Below are positions 12,542 through 26,100 of a stretch of DNA of 64,000 nt, one piece after another. Origin of the DNA: Octopus bimaculoides (Eukaryota). The stretch is from NCBI RefSeq assembly GCF_001194135.2, contig NC_068985.1, positions 33,864,127-33,928,126 on the forward strand. The letters run 5' to 3'. Below the pieces are notes generated by a model. It searched no databases and had not been told where the DNA came from. It saw only the letters and a list, made by a program, of their open reading frames with translations. The translations under genes were made by a program, and so were the position numbers. Position 1 is the stretch's first letter. Every line of letters begins with the position of its first letter.

Positions 12542-13905
12542 GTTGGTATTATTTTTATTCACATAGATGTTGTATTTTGATTTTGTTGTAGAAGGATTTT
12601 CACTTGTATAAACAACTTTACTTAGCTTTATCTACTCTGCTCTCAGTTGTATATACTGAAACAATAAGCAAATGAGGTTTTCTGTTGAATTTTCAATCAA
12701 TTCTTTGAGTAGCGTGAGTGAGTTAATGTAAATTCAGTTATTTTTTTTGAAAATTGTCCACTATATATCTGTATATATATATATAAAACTTTTGTTTTCC
12801 GATCGGATTTTTAAATGTATACTTTTACGAAATAACACTTGTTATATTTTTAATAATCACTATAAATTTGCTTCTACACGTGAGATGTACCGCCATAAGA
12901 AGACTTCTGTCGTAATTATAAAGAATGGACTGCTTCACGTGAAGTACCTGAAAGGATAATTTCTTTATACTTAATCTCATGTAAAATTTTGTAATTATAT
13001 TTATGATAATTTGTCGACAACGACGAAATAGAACTTGAAATTTTGGGGGGTTTATCATTGTACTTGAGGCTTTTTTAGTAGATTGATCGGTGGATAAGTC
13101 AAACTTTAATAATTATAATATACCTACAAAAGTGTGCCCCCTCGCCCAACTTTGTTTCCTCATAACTTTTAGAAAAATGGAGGTTTTTATTTTAACGATC
13201 TATATTGGCATTTACTACGCTCACCAAAAATCGGTCGTTTTAACCAACATAGTTGTGTGAAGTACACGTGTTTGTGTGTGTGTGTGTGTATGCATAAAAG
13301 CTACCTCCGCTATAATACGGAAGGGATCACATAGAAACTACTAGTACAAAAATATAAAAGTGGATACTTTCTCCGAAACCTCTAAAAGCGTGCTGTTTAT
13401 CTCTGTAGAATATACCATAAACTGTAAATAACAACTCAGTTCATTTAATCCTAGTAGTCACTTGTATAAAATGATTTATTTGTAAATCCAGTCAATGTAG
13501 CTTGTTTCTATATTCACGCGCATATTCGACAACTAAACGCGCGCGGAGTTTCTGTAGTAGTCGTTGGAATCGAACCCGGAATCGCATAGTTGCGAAGTGG
13601 ACTTTTTAACCACAGCCATGTTTACCTCTCCACATAAATATTCTACAATAATACAAGCCTAGATTAGCCTTCCAAAATGCATTTTCAGAAAAGGATAATC
13701 AACCTAATAAATATAGAATCTAAATTTGATATATGCCAGTAATGTTGAGGAATCTAAGAGTAGATCTTTGTGCAAATGCGCTCCGCCCCTTCTGTCTTCA
13801 GTATTTCAGTGTCTGTGAAGCTACAATACCGAATTGATGCCGGTATTATTAGGCGGAGTCCTTGCATAATCGTGAGAATTTCTGAAAATTCTTATAAAGA
13901 AAAAT

Positions 13906-14570
13906 GGGGTCTAATGCAGTTTCGCACCTCTTCTTGAAAAATGCTTTTTTTTTTTTAAAGTTTTTTTTCTTCAGATTCCTACGTTTCAGATGTCGGAGAT
14001 TACGAATATACAAAAAAATACCCCACCACCGCCACCAATCCCATTTAAAATTTTGAACTTTTTTCGAAATTTTTCCCCCCTATGTTTTAGATATGCAAGA
14101 AACCACGTTTTGAAACTTTTAAATTCAATAAGCATATAGATATGTGTATAAAGAGATAGATATGAATGTCTTCCTGTGGCTAAAAACATTAGTAACACAG
14201 TCTTCTATAGGACCGCCACATTTAGTTGACAATTATTTTATAAATAAATGGACAGGGATGAATAGTTAGACAAATAAATAAATGGATGAAAAAATTCACA
14301 ATTTAAAATCGGGGTGGGGTGGAATTTGAGCCCCTTATTAAACTTAATGTTAAATATTAATGTTTGTTTCTCATAAAATGTTGTTTATTTAATTTACATT
14401 AAATTACTATTTACTGATATTTAAGGCAAACAAAAGTAAAACGCAAATTCTTTCCCTTTAAATGTTTTTGTCTGTATTTAATTTCGATTTGCATCTCTAA
14501 AACGTAGGAATCCGAAAAAAGTTTTTCAAAAAAATTCATTTTACAAGAAGTGCGAAACTGCATTAGCCCC
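13906..14570. mobile_element. Unclassified MITE with long multi-block terminal inverted repeats
   Basis: Exact inverted blocks CTAATGCAGTTTCGCAC (13911-13927 / 14550-14566) and GATTCCTACGTTT (13974-13986 / 14500-14512); GGGG/CCCC termini. Confidence 0.7.
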
Positions 14571-15274
14571 GAAAAATGTTATGATGTGCTTCGATCAGAA
14601 CTCTACCTGTTATTTTTACCTTGTCGCGTATAATTTGAAAACTATTTTGCTGCTATTTCTAAACCCGGTCAAGCAACCACGCCGATGTCGACTTGGTAGT
14701 AATATAGTTTCGTGTGTTGTCCATTCTAAAGTCAACCGTGATTGAGTGGTTCTATGACCAGTGGCTCTGAAGCCGTTCGTCTGTTTTTTTTTTCTTCTCC
14801 AAGTAGGCTTTCCTCAGAACTATGTTATCCAATACATCCATCCTTCTTCAGACGATAAGATGCGACTTAAAGGATATTTGGCTGGTATTTCTAGCAGGCT
14901 GTGAGAAAGGGGTGACGTTTCGAGCAGTTTTTCTTTGAAGGGATAGCTTAGCCCATCATTAAGCAGACATGTATGATTTAAGGTATTACAGTCGTGACCA
15001 CCTCGTTTTTTTTATTGGTACGTTTAGGACTACTATATCAATATGATGTGTCCTTTATGTGATGAGACTTGTATGGTTTGAGTAAGATTTGGATGCTGTG
15101 TCTAGAGTACGTTGAGTGACCACAGAAGAAAAAATAACTTGCTCATTGATTGCCAAAACGATGGTTTATAATATTAGATGCGAGCCACAAAGTGGAACGT
15201 GGTAAAATTAATTTAGATTAGTGGTTAAAATTATATAATAGCTAACGTGTCACATGGAAGAAAAGCAGGTTGAA

Positions 15275-15322
15275 CGGATGTGACGTTTTCATATTTCCTG
15301 AGGCGTCAGCTTCCCACACGTG
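15275..15322 (+). promoter_or_regulatory. DDX21 promoter module, copy C: CGGATGTGACGTTT (ETS/CRE-like) - ATTTCCTG (ETS-like) - CACGTG (E-box)
   Basis: Motifs seen at 15275, 15293 and 15317 in CpG-retaining sequence just upstream of exon 1. Factor assignments come from known consensus motifs only. Confidence 0.65.
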
Positions 15323-15470
15323 CTTATCTGATTTGGGTGCGCGAACCAAGTTCAGTGACGTGTTTAGTCGAGTTTATTTATTTGAAATTTTCGGCATTAC
15401 CAGCTATTTCTGAATATTATAAAATCGAATTCTCACAGGCCGGAGAAAATTAAAAAGCGTTAACTCAAGG

Positions 15471-15515
15471 ATGACTGCGAAATCTAGTGATGATTCGGAG
15501 AAACTCAAGAAAAAT
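15471..15515 (+). CDS. DDX21: DDX21-like exon 1 (proximal copy C): [15 protein letters not shown]
   Basis: ATG at 15471 lies about 150 nt downstream of the promoter motifs. Donor GTCAGT at 15516 is phase 0, matching exon 2. Confidence 0.7.
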
Positions 15516-17102
15516 GTCAGTTTTGTTTTAGTCTTTTAAATATTATATCAAGTGTTTCACTCACCCCATATTCAAATATAGATTCCACTTATATTTTGTA
15601 TGAAAAAGATACCAGGTTTCAATCACTAAAAAAAAAGTCTAAGAATGAAAATATAACGAAGATTTTTAACATATATGCAAATCTTTGTAGAGCTCTCTTA
15701 AGTTAATAATCCGGTTTAAAAATTCATTATTGTATTTATTATAATCATAAACGAATATTGAATTTAAAAATTCAATTTAGATGTTTCTATTATTCCAAGT
15801 CTATTTTGTCCTTGATTAAATGTATTTTGATGGAAGATATGGACACGTGCACAGAAACAAATTTATGGCATTCTTTTCCGATTTCCAGTTTAAGTGATTC
15901 CCCTATATTGAGATCGTAACCATTCGCTTTGTGCATATTTCGATTTTGCACTGTCGCAATTAGAATATATCCGGAATTGATAACCACTTGTTCATATGTA
16001 TACATCCACACAGGTATCACAGATATATTTGACACACTTATTACGTTAGCAATGTGAAAAATTTCCCCACTGCTTTATAGCGATCGAGTCACACTCGGGC
16101 GCACGCGTGAATTCTCAATGCGATTGGAAGACTAATTTTGTTTATATCCTTGTCCGGACACTTAGATATTAAAATTGAATATATTCGCGCCCATTTGTCA
16201 ATTGCGTTCATCTAATAATGGATTAATTTACATTTATTGCTTGATAATTAAATAATACCTTAACTGTATCATTGGATATATAAAGCATGGCAACTTTTAA
16301 AGTAAGTAATATTATACATCAACTTAAGATTATTTTTCAGATCTGTATAGAAAACTAAACGCGATTCCGTTCGTTGATTATGAACTTCCTAATATGACAT
16401 ATGCCTCCAGTTTATATATGTAATTACTGTTTCTTGATTGACTTATTAACTTAGGCTTGGACGTTTAGGTGAACTGTACTTTATTTCCAGCTTAGTGTTG
16501 TACGTATCTAGTAGCATTCGGTCAGTGACCACTTGATCACAAGTGTGCGGCGAAATTTTCGGGCACTTAGTATTAAGAAATATTCGAAATAAGTTTCTAT
16601 GTTCTTAAATTTGCTAAAATGACTGGCTCTTCCATAATATAATTATTTCGTTAACACACTGTGTCAGATGAACTCACTCGCCAAACGAGTACAATTACGA
16701 AATATTTCAGTTATATTTTAATACAGTAACGTTTAACAAAATATGATTTTGATCTAAAAAGCATTTGAGGTCTGAAAAACTAGTATGATTTTATTTCGTA
16801 ATTAACTTCACTTGGGGGTTTTCATCTCAAGCTCAGCATTTTTAATGCTTATTAAGATTGTTATTTTAAGCTCGTTACGAACGTGCCGTTATTGGTTGCA
16901 TTTTAGTATCTAACAGAATACTTGTAACTTAGGAAGTGCTGCTAACTGGGTCATGGCTGATGGTTTGTTTAGCTCTAGTTTGTCGTGCTAGTAAAAACGT
17001 GAAAGCTTTTCGTTAATCAATATGAACGTTGCTTTTACTCATGTTAACTTTATATCGATTGTATTATACTTTTTACTCTGTTGCATATTGTGTGTGATTG
17101 TA

Positions 17103-17152
<50 letters not shown>

Positions 17153-20100
17153 CACACACTTACCAGAGAAACTGAACATTGACGGGGTTAAGCTATAATG
17201 AATATCTATATTTATAAGAGTACATCAAGAACCGCCTGCTCTTTATCTCGTTAGAAAACCACACATATACAGGCAAAAGCGTGGGGCGATATTATAATTC
17301 TAACTTCAGGAAAAGAAAAGTGCTTTCATCTCAGTCCACTAATTGAAACTTGTATGAATTTCAATTTGATAAGATTACCTAATAGTACATCTATGATCGT
17401 TTAGCTTATGGGCACATGTTAAAGATAATTTTTTATTTTTCATGTCCTGTTCCGTTGCATGAACAACACAGATTTATCTATTTTCCCTTTTACTGCTTCA
17501 AAAATAATTTCAGTGCTATCTTGGTCGATTGTCGTTCGTCCATCCCTTTTCCGCCATTACTGCAACTAAGTCGCCCGTTCCTCTCACAGTCTATAATATT
17601 CAGAATATGAAGTGCATAACATTTATTCACTCTTTTTCTTAGAATGCATGCCTGTAGTTATCTCGAGTAACTTATTCAATATTAAAGACATCTTCTATTC
17701 TTGTAATCTATTTTAAATCAAGTTGATTCCTTCGTTGTACTTAGACACGTGGATGTCTACAGAATGCACTTTTAAAAATAGTTTCTTTGTTGCAAACGAT
17801 ATATAATGCTGTAGTTTGTCAAATGGTAGTAATGGCACAGTACCAAATATAATCTATTATAATATTTCAAGTTTCCAAGATATGATCCTTAATTTTTCTT
17901 TTAATTTGGTTGGATTTAAAATAACGTAGCATAATACTTTTATATTTTGGAATACAATTTCTTAGGAAATTCGATCTCAATTTCTGTTGATAGATCAATT
18001 TTCGATTATTGTTATTATACAGTAATGTAAAATCTGCAATGATTATCTTCTAACAATTATTTTCTAATGAAATAAAAATTACAATGTTTATGTTCTAACA
18101 ATTATTTTCTTTTGATATCCGACTGTTACGACATCAGTGTTAGTAGCTATTTAAGATATTTGTAATTTTGGAAATTAGATTGTAATCGTTATTAGAAATA
18201 GTTCCGACTATATAGGCGCAGGAGTGGCTGTGGGGTAACTTGCTTACCAACCACATGGTTGTGGGTTCAGTCCCACTGCATGGCCCCTTGGGCAAGTGTC
18301 TTCTATAGCTTCGGGCCGACCAAAGCCTTGTGAGTGGATTTGGTAGACGGAAACTGAAAGCCCGTCGTGTGTGTGTATATATATATATATTGTTTTTCGC
18401 CATGATAGATCGCTAGCCATATTATACATTCTTCATTTTCTCTCCCTGTTTCTTTCTGTGGAAGAGCGTAGGCTCGAAACGTTAAAGACTTTTTCACTTC
18501 CCGAACGTTAAACTAATACATCTGTTTGTTGTCTACATCACCTGTCTTCCTATTTTTTTTTTTTTTTGTGAATTCTCCCTATATATATATCTTAGTATCT
18601 GTGTTTGTCCCCTTACCATTGCTTGACAACCGATGTTGGTGTGTTTACGTCCCCGTAAATTAGCGGTTCGGCAAAAGAGACCGATAGAATAAGTACTAGG
18701 CTTACAAAGAATAAGTCCTGGCGTCGATTTGTTCGACTAAAGGCGGTGCCCCAGCATGGCCGCAGTCAAATAAGAGAAGAAAAATATATTTTAAGATTGT
18801 GGTGTTGAGTCTAATCCTGTGTTTCATTGGTTTTATTGATTTCAGTTGAGAAGTTTTTAAATTATATAACATACATGACCATGCAATATTCAGAAATATT
18901 CATACTACATGGTTCCTGAATCGATTCTATTGTGCGGCACCCGGTGCAAGTGTTATCTGTAACTTTGACTTGAGTAAGGCTTTGATAAATTTGGTAGTCG
19001 TGAATTTCGAAACCATATCATTGCATTGGTTTGTCTATATTGCCGTAAAATGGTGCGTCGAGTTACGTCCCTTCCGATAATCAGATCGGTAAAATATGTA
19101 CTGGGTCGATATGATTGACTAAGACCTTTGAAAGCGGTGCCCAAGCATAGCTGCAGTCCTACGACAATCCAACCAATAGAATATGTAACTTCTCTATAAT
19201 AAATAGTACGTTACTTTTTGATATTTACAATGTCTTTTTAGTTTATACTTTTAGAGAAAATTATTCCTTTAAATAAAAAGTAATTTTACCTTGTAAGGAG
19301 TAATTAAAAGAAATTTTAATGGTACTTGGATATACTAAATAATTAACTGTAAGTTTTCACTAGGTCATTTAATTAACTGTATCTTGTGTTGGAATAGAAT
19401 ATTGCGGAAATTTACATGGTTTTAGTTTTTACATACTGAGTTTCAATTCTGAGTTAAGGAATAGGATGGATTCATTTAGCTCTTTTGTAACTGCTTGAAC
19501 TCATTTTGAAAATAAAGAATTTGGTAGGATTTAGTAAAATGATCTTAGCCTTTTAATACCCACCAGCTCAGTTTAAAGGTATGTTTTTAATCAAAACTGC
19601 CTTTCATGATTTTGTTGATTTAAACACTGGTTTTTAAAAATTATTTGAAAAGTATTGAGTTAGCCAAAAAGTTCAGTTTTTGTTGGCACTAAACTTCAAG
19701 CACTCTAATAAGTAGCTAACTTCAGTCTGTCTCTTGTGCATGTGCACTCATTAGCTACTTGACACTTAAACACAGTTTGATGCAAACTTGCTGCTATGAG
19801 AAAGGTTGCATTTTGTATGCTTGGGATTACCCTGAAAATGGAAAACTAAACTGAACATTATTAACACCTCATGCTATTTTATTTAAAAAAAGGTAAGAAA
19901 GTGGCAGAAACCTGCAGGATGATATGTGCTGTATATGGAGAGGATGTTCTTACGGAATGTGTGTGCCAGAAATAGTTATCAAGATTTCAATCAAGTTTTT
20001 CGGTTCCAGATGCACTTTGCAGCTGAGATTAACAGCAGCATCAATCCCCATTATACAACCAGGATATCCAAATTGAATGTTGAAAACCATCTGCATCAAC

Positions 20101-23100
20101 TTAGGTCAGCAGGCTCAGTCTTTGGGTCTCGCATTAATTGAATGAGATAAACCTCTCTCCCAGCAGATTTCAATCAAAGAAAGCACCCCCCCCTCCCCCT
20201 TTTTTTTTTTGAAGAGAATGGTGGTCGGGGATGGAAAAGAGTTATCTGTAACAATGTGAAATGCAAACAGATCATAGAGGAACGTTCAGAGCACGATTTC
20301 ACTTGAAGTTTGTATTTTCAATTTGGGATTGGGAAAATGTCTTGTACGAGCTTTTCATGGACATGATCATCAATTTGGATGTGTGCTGTGACCAGCTGAA
20401 CAAATTAAATGGAGTGATCCACCAGGAGCTTCCAGCACTTGCTTATTATAAGGCCACTGTCTTTCATCACCACAGATGTGGTGGTGGAAGTTACTGGGGC
20501 TTCGGTAGGTTTCGCCACACCCTAAAAATTGAATCTTGAGATTTTCACCTGTTTTAATCTCTTCAAAATTCATTGAATGACCAGATGAAGAGGATGTAAT
20601 AATTCACCCGGATGTGTTTTTTTTACTGTAAAGATGGAAAATAATGGATCTGCTCACAAGATGGCAGAAGATACTGTAATGAAACAGTAATTATATCATT
20701 GACTGAATAAATCACATTGTGTTTAAAACTGGTTTTATTTTCCCCTTAAAAAACTGAATGGACTTTTTGGCCAACTCAGTACTTAAATAGAAATATGATA
20801 AAAAGTTAGGAACATACAAGTATTTTTGACTAACAAAGTAGATCAGTCTTGGGGTTGCAGTTTTTTGTCATTTTAGGTAAGATTAGAATATGCTGAAAAT
20901 ACTTTTATATATCTTCAAGTAAATCAATTGGTCAGTTTCATCCTTTTCCAAGCCATATCAAGAGAATGTTGCAACATATTAAATACACAATCAGATTTAG
21001 CATTTTGTCTGAACACTTGTTTCTTCATTAGAAAATTTCAGTTTATCTTTCTTTCTTTTTTTTACTGACAGGAAAACAAAACCAATATGAATGGAAATGC
21101 TTCTAGTGCATCTGATAATGACAAAGTTGATCCCCAGGTGGAAATTGGTGCTTTTAGTAATTTCCGTATTTCTGACACCTCTATTCAAAAATTGAAAGGT
21201 ATTGTTTTTTGTTCTTTCTTCAGCTAAAACTTTTATTGTACTAATTTTCTGTGCTAATAAAGTCAATATGACGATTTCAATTCCCCTAAAACTTGAATGG
21301 ATCAGTAAGTTGAATTTATGTTAGTATAGTATATGGAATGTATTCTATATATAGATGGTATAGTATATAGAATGCATGGATTGTATTCTATATATATATA
21401 TATATATTCTATTATTAAGATTTTTTTTCTCTTTGTATGCAGGCATACACAATGTATTTAATTCCTGCTCCCCTTCCATTTATTTCATATACTTACAAGA
21501 TATACTCAGTCAGTCAGCTTTCAACAGTTGATCATTTCATAGTTTCTTGTCTTCAAGACATAGCTATACACAGTGCTATATAAATGTGAAATATAAGTAG
21601 TTGAAATTGTGTAATCAGAACTTAACCTGATTCAATAAGTATGCAATTTGGACCGAAGTTCTGTTGAATCAGTTATTGCAGAATATATGAGAGTGAAGAA
21701 GATAAACCCACTAGTATGGCATCTAATATACACTGGATTGTACATGTGAAGTAATATGAAGTGCTAACTAGTCAAAATCAACCATGATTCACATGAAATT
21801 GTCAGAAGGCAGATTCATCGATACAAAAGCTCATGCTTGCTGTCAGCTAGGATTATGTCTCTGTATTACATTGCTTTCCTGTTGCAACTCAGATATGTAT
21901 TACTACATCTTGCCATAAATTCATCCTTAAATTACATTCTTCACTTACGGCTACCATTTTCAGAATATTGTAAACGGCTCTACTTATTTCAAATCATTGG
22001 TGTGGGCTTATATTTCATTAATGACTGGCTATAAAGATTATTGTACTGTATAGTTTACCATATGAAGACTTGTGAGGTCTGTTATCCTTACAACTTTTCA
22101 CTTTAGTTGCTGTTATTTTAGTCAGTGTAATACTGAAGACCATCATTGATATGCATTATCTAAATAATTTAAATTAATCTTTCATATTTCAGCACTGTTT
22201 CATTATCTTATCGTCATTTAATTTTTTGCAGCCAATAGTATTGATTATCTTTTTCCAATTCAATCACAAACTTTTGATTATGTCTATGATGGCCACGATG
22301 TTATTGCTCAAGCACGTAAGTCCTGTTCATTTCAATTCTTTATGATGTTGGTTTCATAATGTAATCTGTTTTTGTCTATTGCTTAATCAAAGAAGTGCAG
22401 CACTTGTGACCTTTTTCAGGTCCTTTGAAACTTGTGGAAGTGAGCTATCCTCATATCAGAGACCTGGTTTTGAATTGTTGGAATAAAATATATTTCACTG
22501 AAGGCTGAAATGACCAATTGAAGGTGTTACACTACTTGATAAAGTCCCCCCCCCTCCCGAACAGGGATGGTCCTCCAGTGGGCTTCCACGCAGTTTTATC
22601 AACCAAATTCTACTAATAAGGCTAAGATTGAATCAAGGCTACTCTTAGCAGACACTTGTCCAAGATGCCATAGCACCATGTCTGCACTCATGCCTGTTGT
22701 AACAGCAATGTAATTTCACTAAGTAAACACTTATTACACACTACCTCACATTGTTATGGAAATGTTCTCTAGTCCTTCTATTTAAACCTTATTTTTACAG
22801 TGCTTTATCCCTTTTTGAAAAGAGTGCAAAATATAAACAAAGGAATAAGGAAGCCATAATGAATTTGAAAATGTTTGTGTAAAATCCAGCATTCTTCCTC
22901 TTTCCCATTAATATATTCTGTTTCTAGCTTACTGACCTACATGTGATTTTTTTTTTTTAAGCCACTTGTTTCATACTGTACAAAAGATAATTGTTTTATA
23001 TGCCAATAAAACTTGTCTATAGGTAAGGAAGGAAGATTATAAGGCCAAATAAATGTTTTTGCTACACACGGACATCTCAAGTAAATAGGCACCATTTTTG

Positions 23101-26100
23101 AAAGATTTATTTCTAGAAATCAAATGATGTCATGTGATGCGTTGAAATACCTAATCTAGTATTTAGTAGACATGCTTTGTTCAGTTTTTAATGATTTAAA
23201 CTGTTTGGGGATCTTACTCATGAGTAGTAGTGTCTGCTGCACACATGAAACTGTATAATGAGGGGTGTCTGAGGTGCCAGTGTATATGCTAGGCAACCTC
23301 ACAAAGTGTGTGTGTCAAATTATGTGGAGTTGTTTTATATGCCATCGAGTTCAATTGAAAATCCAGTTCCTGCACAGTTCTTTCATGTCCAATATTACAA
23401 TTCTGTCATTTGTTCCAATTGAATTTTGATTAAAATTTGTATGTTGATAAAACAAAAATGTTAATTCACGGTTATTTTAGTATTTACTAATATAATTGAA
23501 GAAAGTTTAAACAAAAAACACTAAATTATTTATTACATTCTTTGTCATCTGTTTCTTTGTAATTTATTTTAACATTTTTCTGTCTTCAGGAACCGGCACT
23601 GGAAAAACAGTAAGTTTGCTCATTTGATGATTTCTTTAGTAATTTTCATTCATTCATAACTATGAATAAAAATTGTTGGTATATTTTGACTTTTGCATCT
23701 ACACTTATAAAGTTTTATTTGTTGCTAACCATTTCAAGAAAACCACTTTTCATTCAAAAAAATTACTTGACTTATCTTCATCCACATTAAAGTTTAGATA
23801 GAAGTGAATGACTTAAAAATGATTTTGGTGTGTGTTACAGAATGACTGAAGGTGAAAATAATTGTTTATTAGTTATATGGTCTTTGGAGGTAAGCCAAAT
23901 CTATTGAGATTAATGGATCAACCATGTCTGAACCCAATAATCCTCCACTGAATCTTTCTCCATTATAGACATTCTTAGATACAACTTTATTAAAAAAGAG
24001 GAAGAACATATTGGATGATAAAGTACATTGCTTGAAAAGAAAGATGTCATATCATGACAGGAATTCTTTTCAGCACTAAGCTTGCTTTATCAGTGCTGAA
24101 CTGATACTAAACATTCTTGTTCATGGGAGAAATGTTCTTTGGAATTGGTATTACTACTATTTAAATGTCCTTTAACTTGGCTTTTTTGAATGACGTAAAA
24201 GTGGTGGTTTGTGGAAAGATTATGATATATTTATATTTTGAATGTAACTTCTCAACCATTGTTAATGGAATTTATATAGGTGCTATCTAGAAAGCAAATT
24301 TTAAGTGTTCCTCTTATATAATCAGCAACATTATATTAAAATTTTGTTTAAGGACAGTTAAACAAATTGTGCCTTAATTATCTCTTTATACATAGGTGTT
24401 AACTGCTTTGTTTTATTTCAGCTTTCTTTTGTTTTGCCACTGGTAGAAAAACTGATTAAAAAAAAGAAAACAAAAGAAGGTCGAATGCCTAGGGTAAGAA
24501 AATAATTATGCTTTATGACGTATCTCTGTAATAATTCTACATAATTTTTACGTTTTCAAAACCACCTAAGATTTCTGTTTGTATTTAAATCAAAATATTG
24601 ATGAGAATCATGTTATTACATTTGTGATGACAGAATTTCATTTGGTAAACAGGCTGTAAACTATTGCCAATTGTGTTGGAGATTTTAAGAATTTTTGATA
24701 GTTTCCCCCATCATCATCAAATGTCTACTGGCATGTGTTTTGCGGCTTGATGCCCTTCCTAACACAACCACTTCACAATGTACTGAATGCTTTTTAAGTG
24801 CTACCAACATGAGCGCTTTTGTGTGGTACCAGCATGGGTGTTTCTATGTGGCACCAGCATGTACTAGCCCTCAGGACAAGGGCCCCTTTTTGAGAGTAGG
24901 ACATATAGGACATGCCTGCATGTATGGACAGCCACAGTCTTACTTAGTTTGATGTATCTTCTCAAACAAACTGCCCGAAGTCTTGGTCTCTTGTTATCTC
25001 CTCTGTGAGGCCCAACGTCTGAAGATCCTCTCATTATTTCATTCCATGTCTTCCTGACACTGCCTCTTCCACAGGTTCCTTCCACAATTAGATATTGGTA
25101 CCTCCTTAAACAACTGTTCTCATCCATATGCTTTACATGAATCATACCACTGCAGTCTTCTCTCTTGCACACTACAACTGATGCCTCTTACCTAATTTTT
25201 ATCTTAAATTGTTTACACTCAGTTGTAAATGCATACTTACATTACCCATCCAGTGGAGTGTGCTAGTTTCATTTCTTTCAAGCCTTTGGATGCCCTCTGT
25301 AGTTATAGCCCATGTTTCACTGCCATGTATCATAGCTGTATGCACACAGGTATCATAGAATCTGCTTTTTACTCTTGGGGAGAGGCTCTTTGTTAAAATA
25401 ACCAGGTAGTGGAAATGATGATGATTAAAAATAAAATAAAATGAAGCATTTGAAAGTATTTCTCATACAATATTTTTGAAATTAACTACACCTAATTTTT
25501 AAGTCTTCAGAAATTACTCAAAATTTATTGACTATTTACATTAGTATATTTCCTTTCAAGTGTTCTCTATGACATTGAAGATCAATCAATGTGCACAGTT
25601 CTTTTTTTCTGTGCTTATTATAAAATAATTGCTATATTTGTTTATTATATATAGTCATATTTCAACAAAAATTGTATTCCATTGATCACTTCCATATTTT
25701 TTGATTAAAAAAAAAAAATTGTGTCTTACAAATTTCACAATTATTTTAGAATTTAATTGAAACACTAAATAGTGAAAGGTGTGTTGAATATTTATTTTCT
25801 TTGTATGATGTTTTGCCTAAATTATCTGAATTTAATTTTTTTAATTTTTTATTTCAATTTTCGTGTTTTCTAGGTATTAGTCTTACTCCCAACTCGTGAG
25901 TTAGCTAAACAGGTATATGAAGATTTTCTAAAAGTCTGTGGAGAGCTTTCTGCCTTTTGCTTTTATGGTGGAGTACCATATGAACCACAAGGTTAGTAAT
26001 GTTGGTTAATAATGTAAGGTGCATGCATACACATGTATTGTCATCTGTTTTTGCATTGGCTGTACTCTTTCTCCACCAGTTTTTTTTTCTATCGGTCTTC

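Noticed and set aside
3830-15270. Complete DDX21 paralogs behind promoter copies A or B
   Set aside because: No GAFSNF, LFPIQ, GKT, DEVD or other helicase-motif exons were found by eye in this interval.
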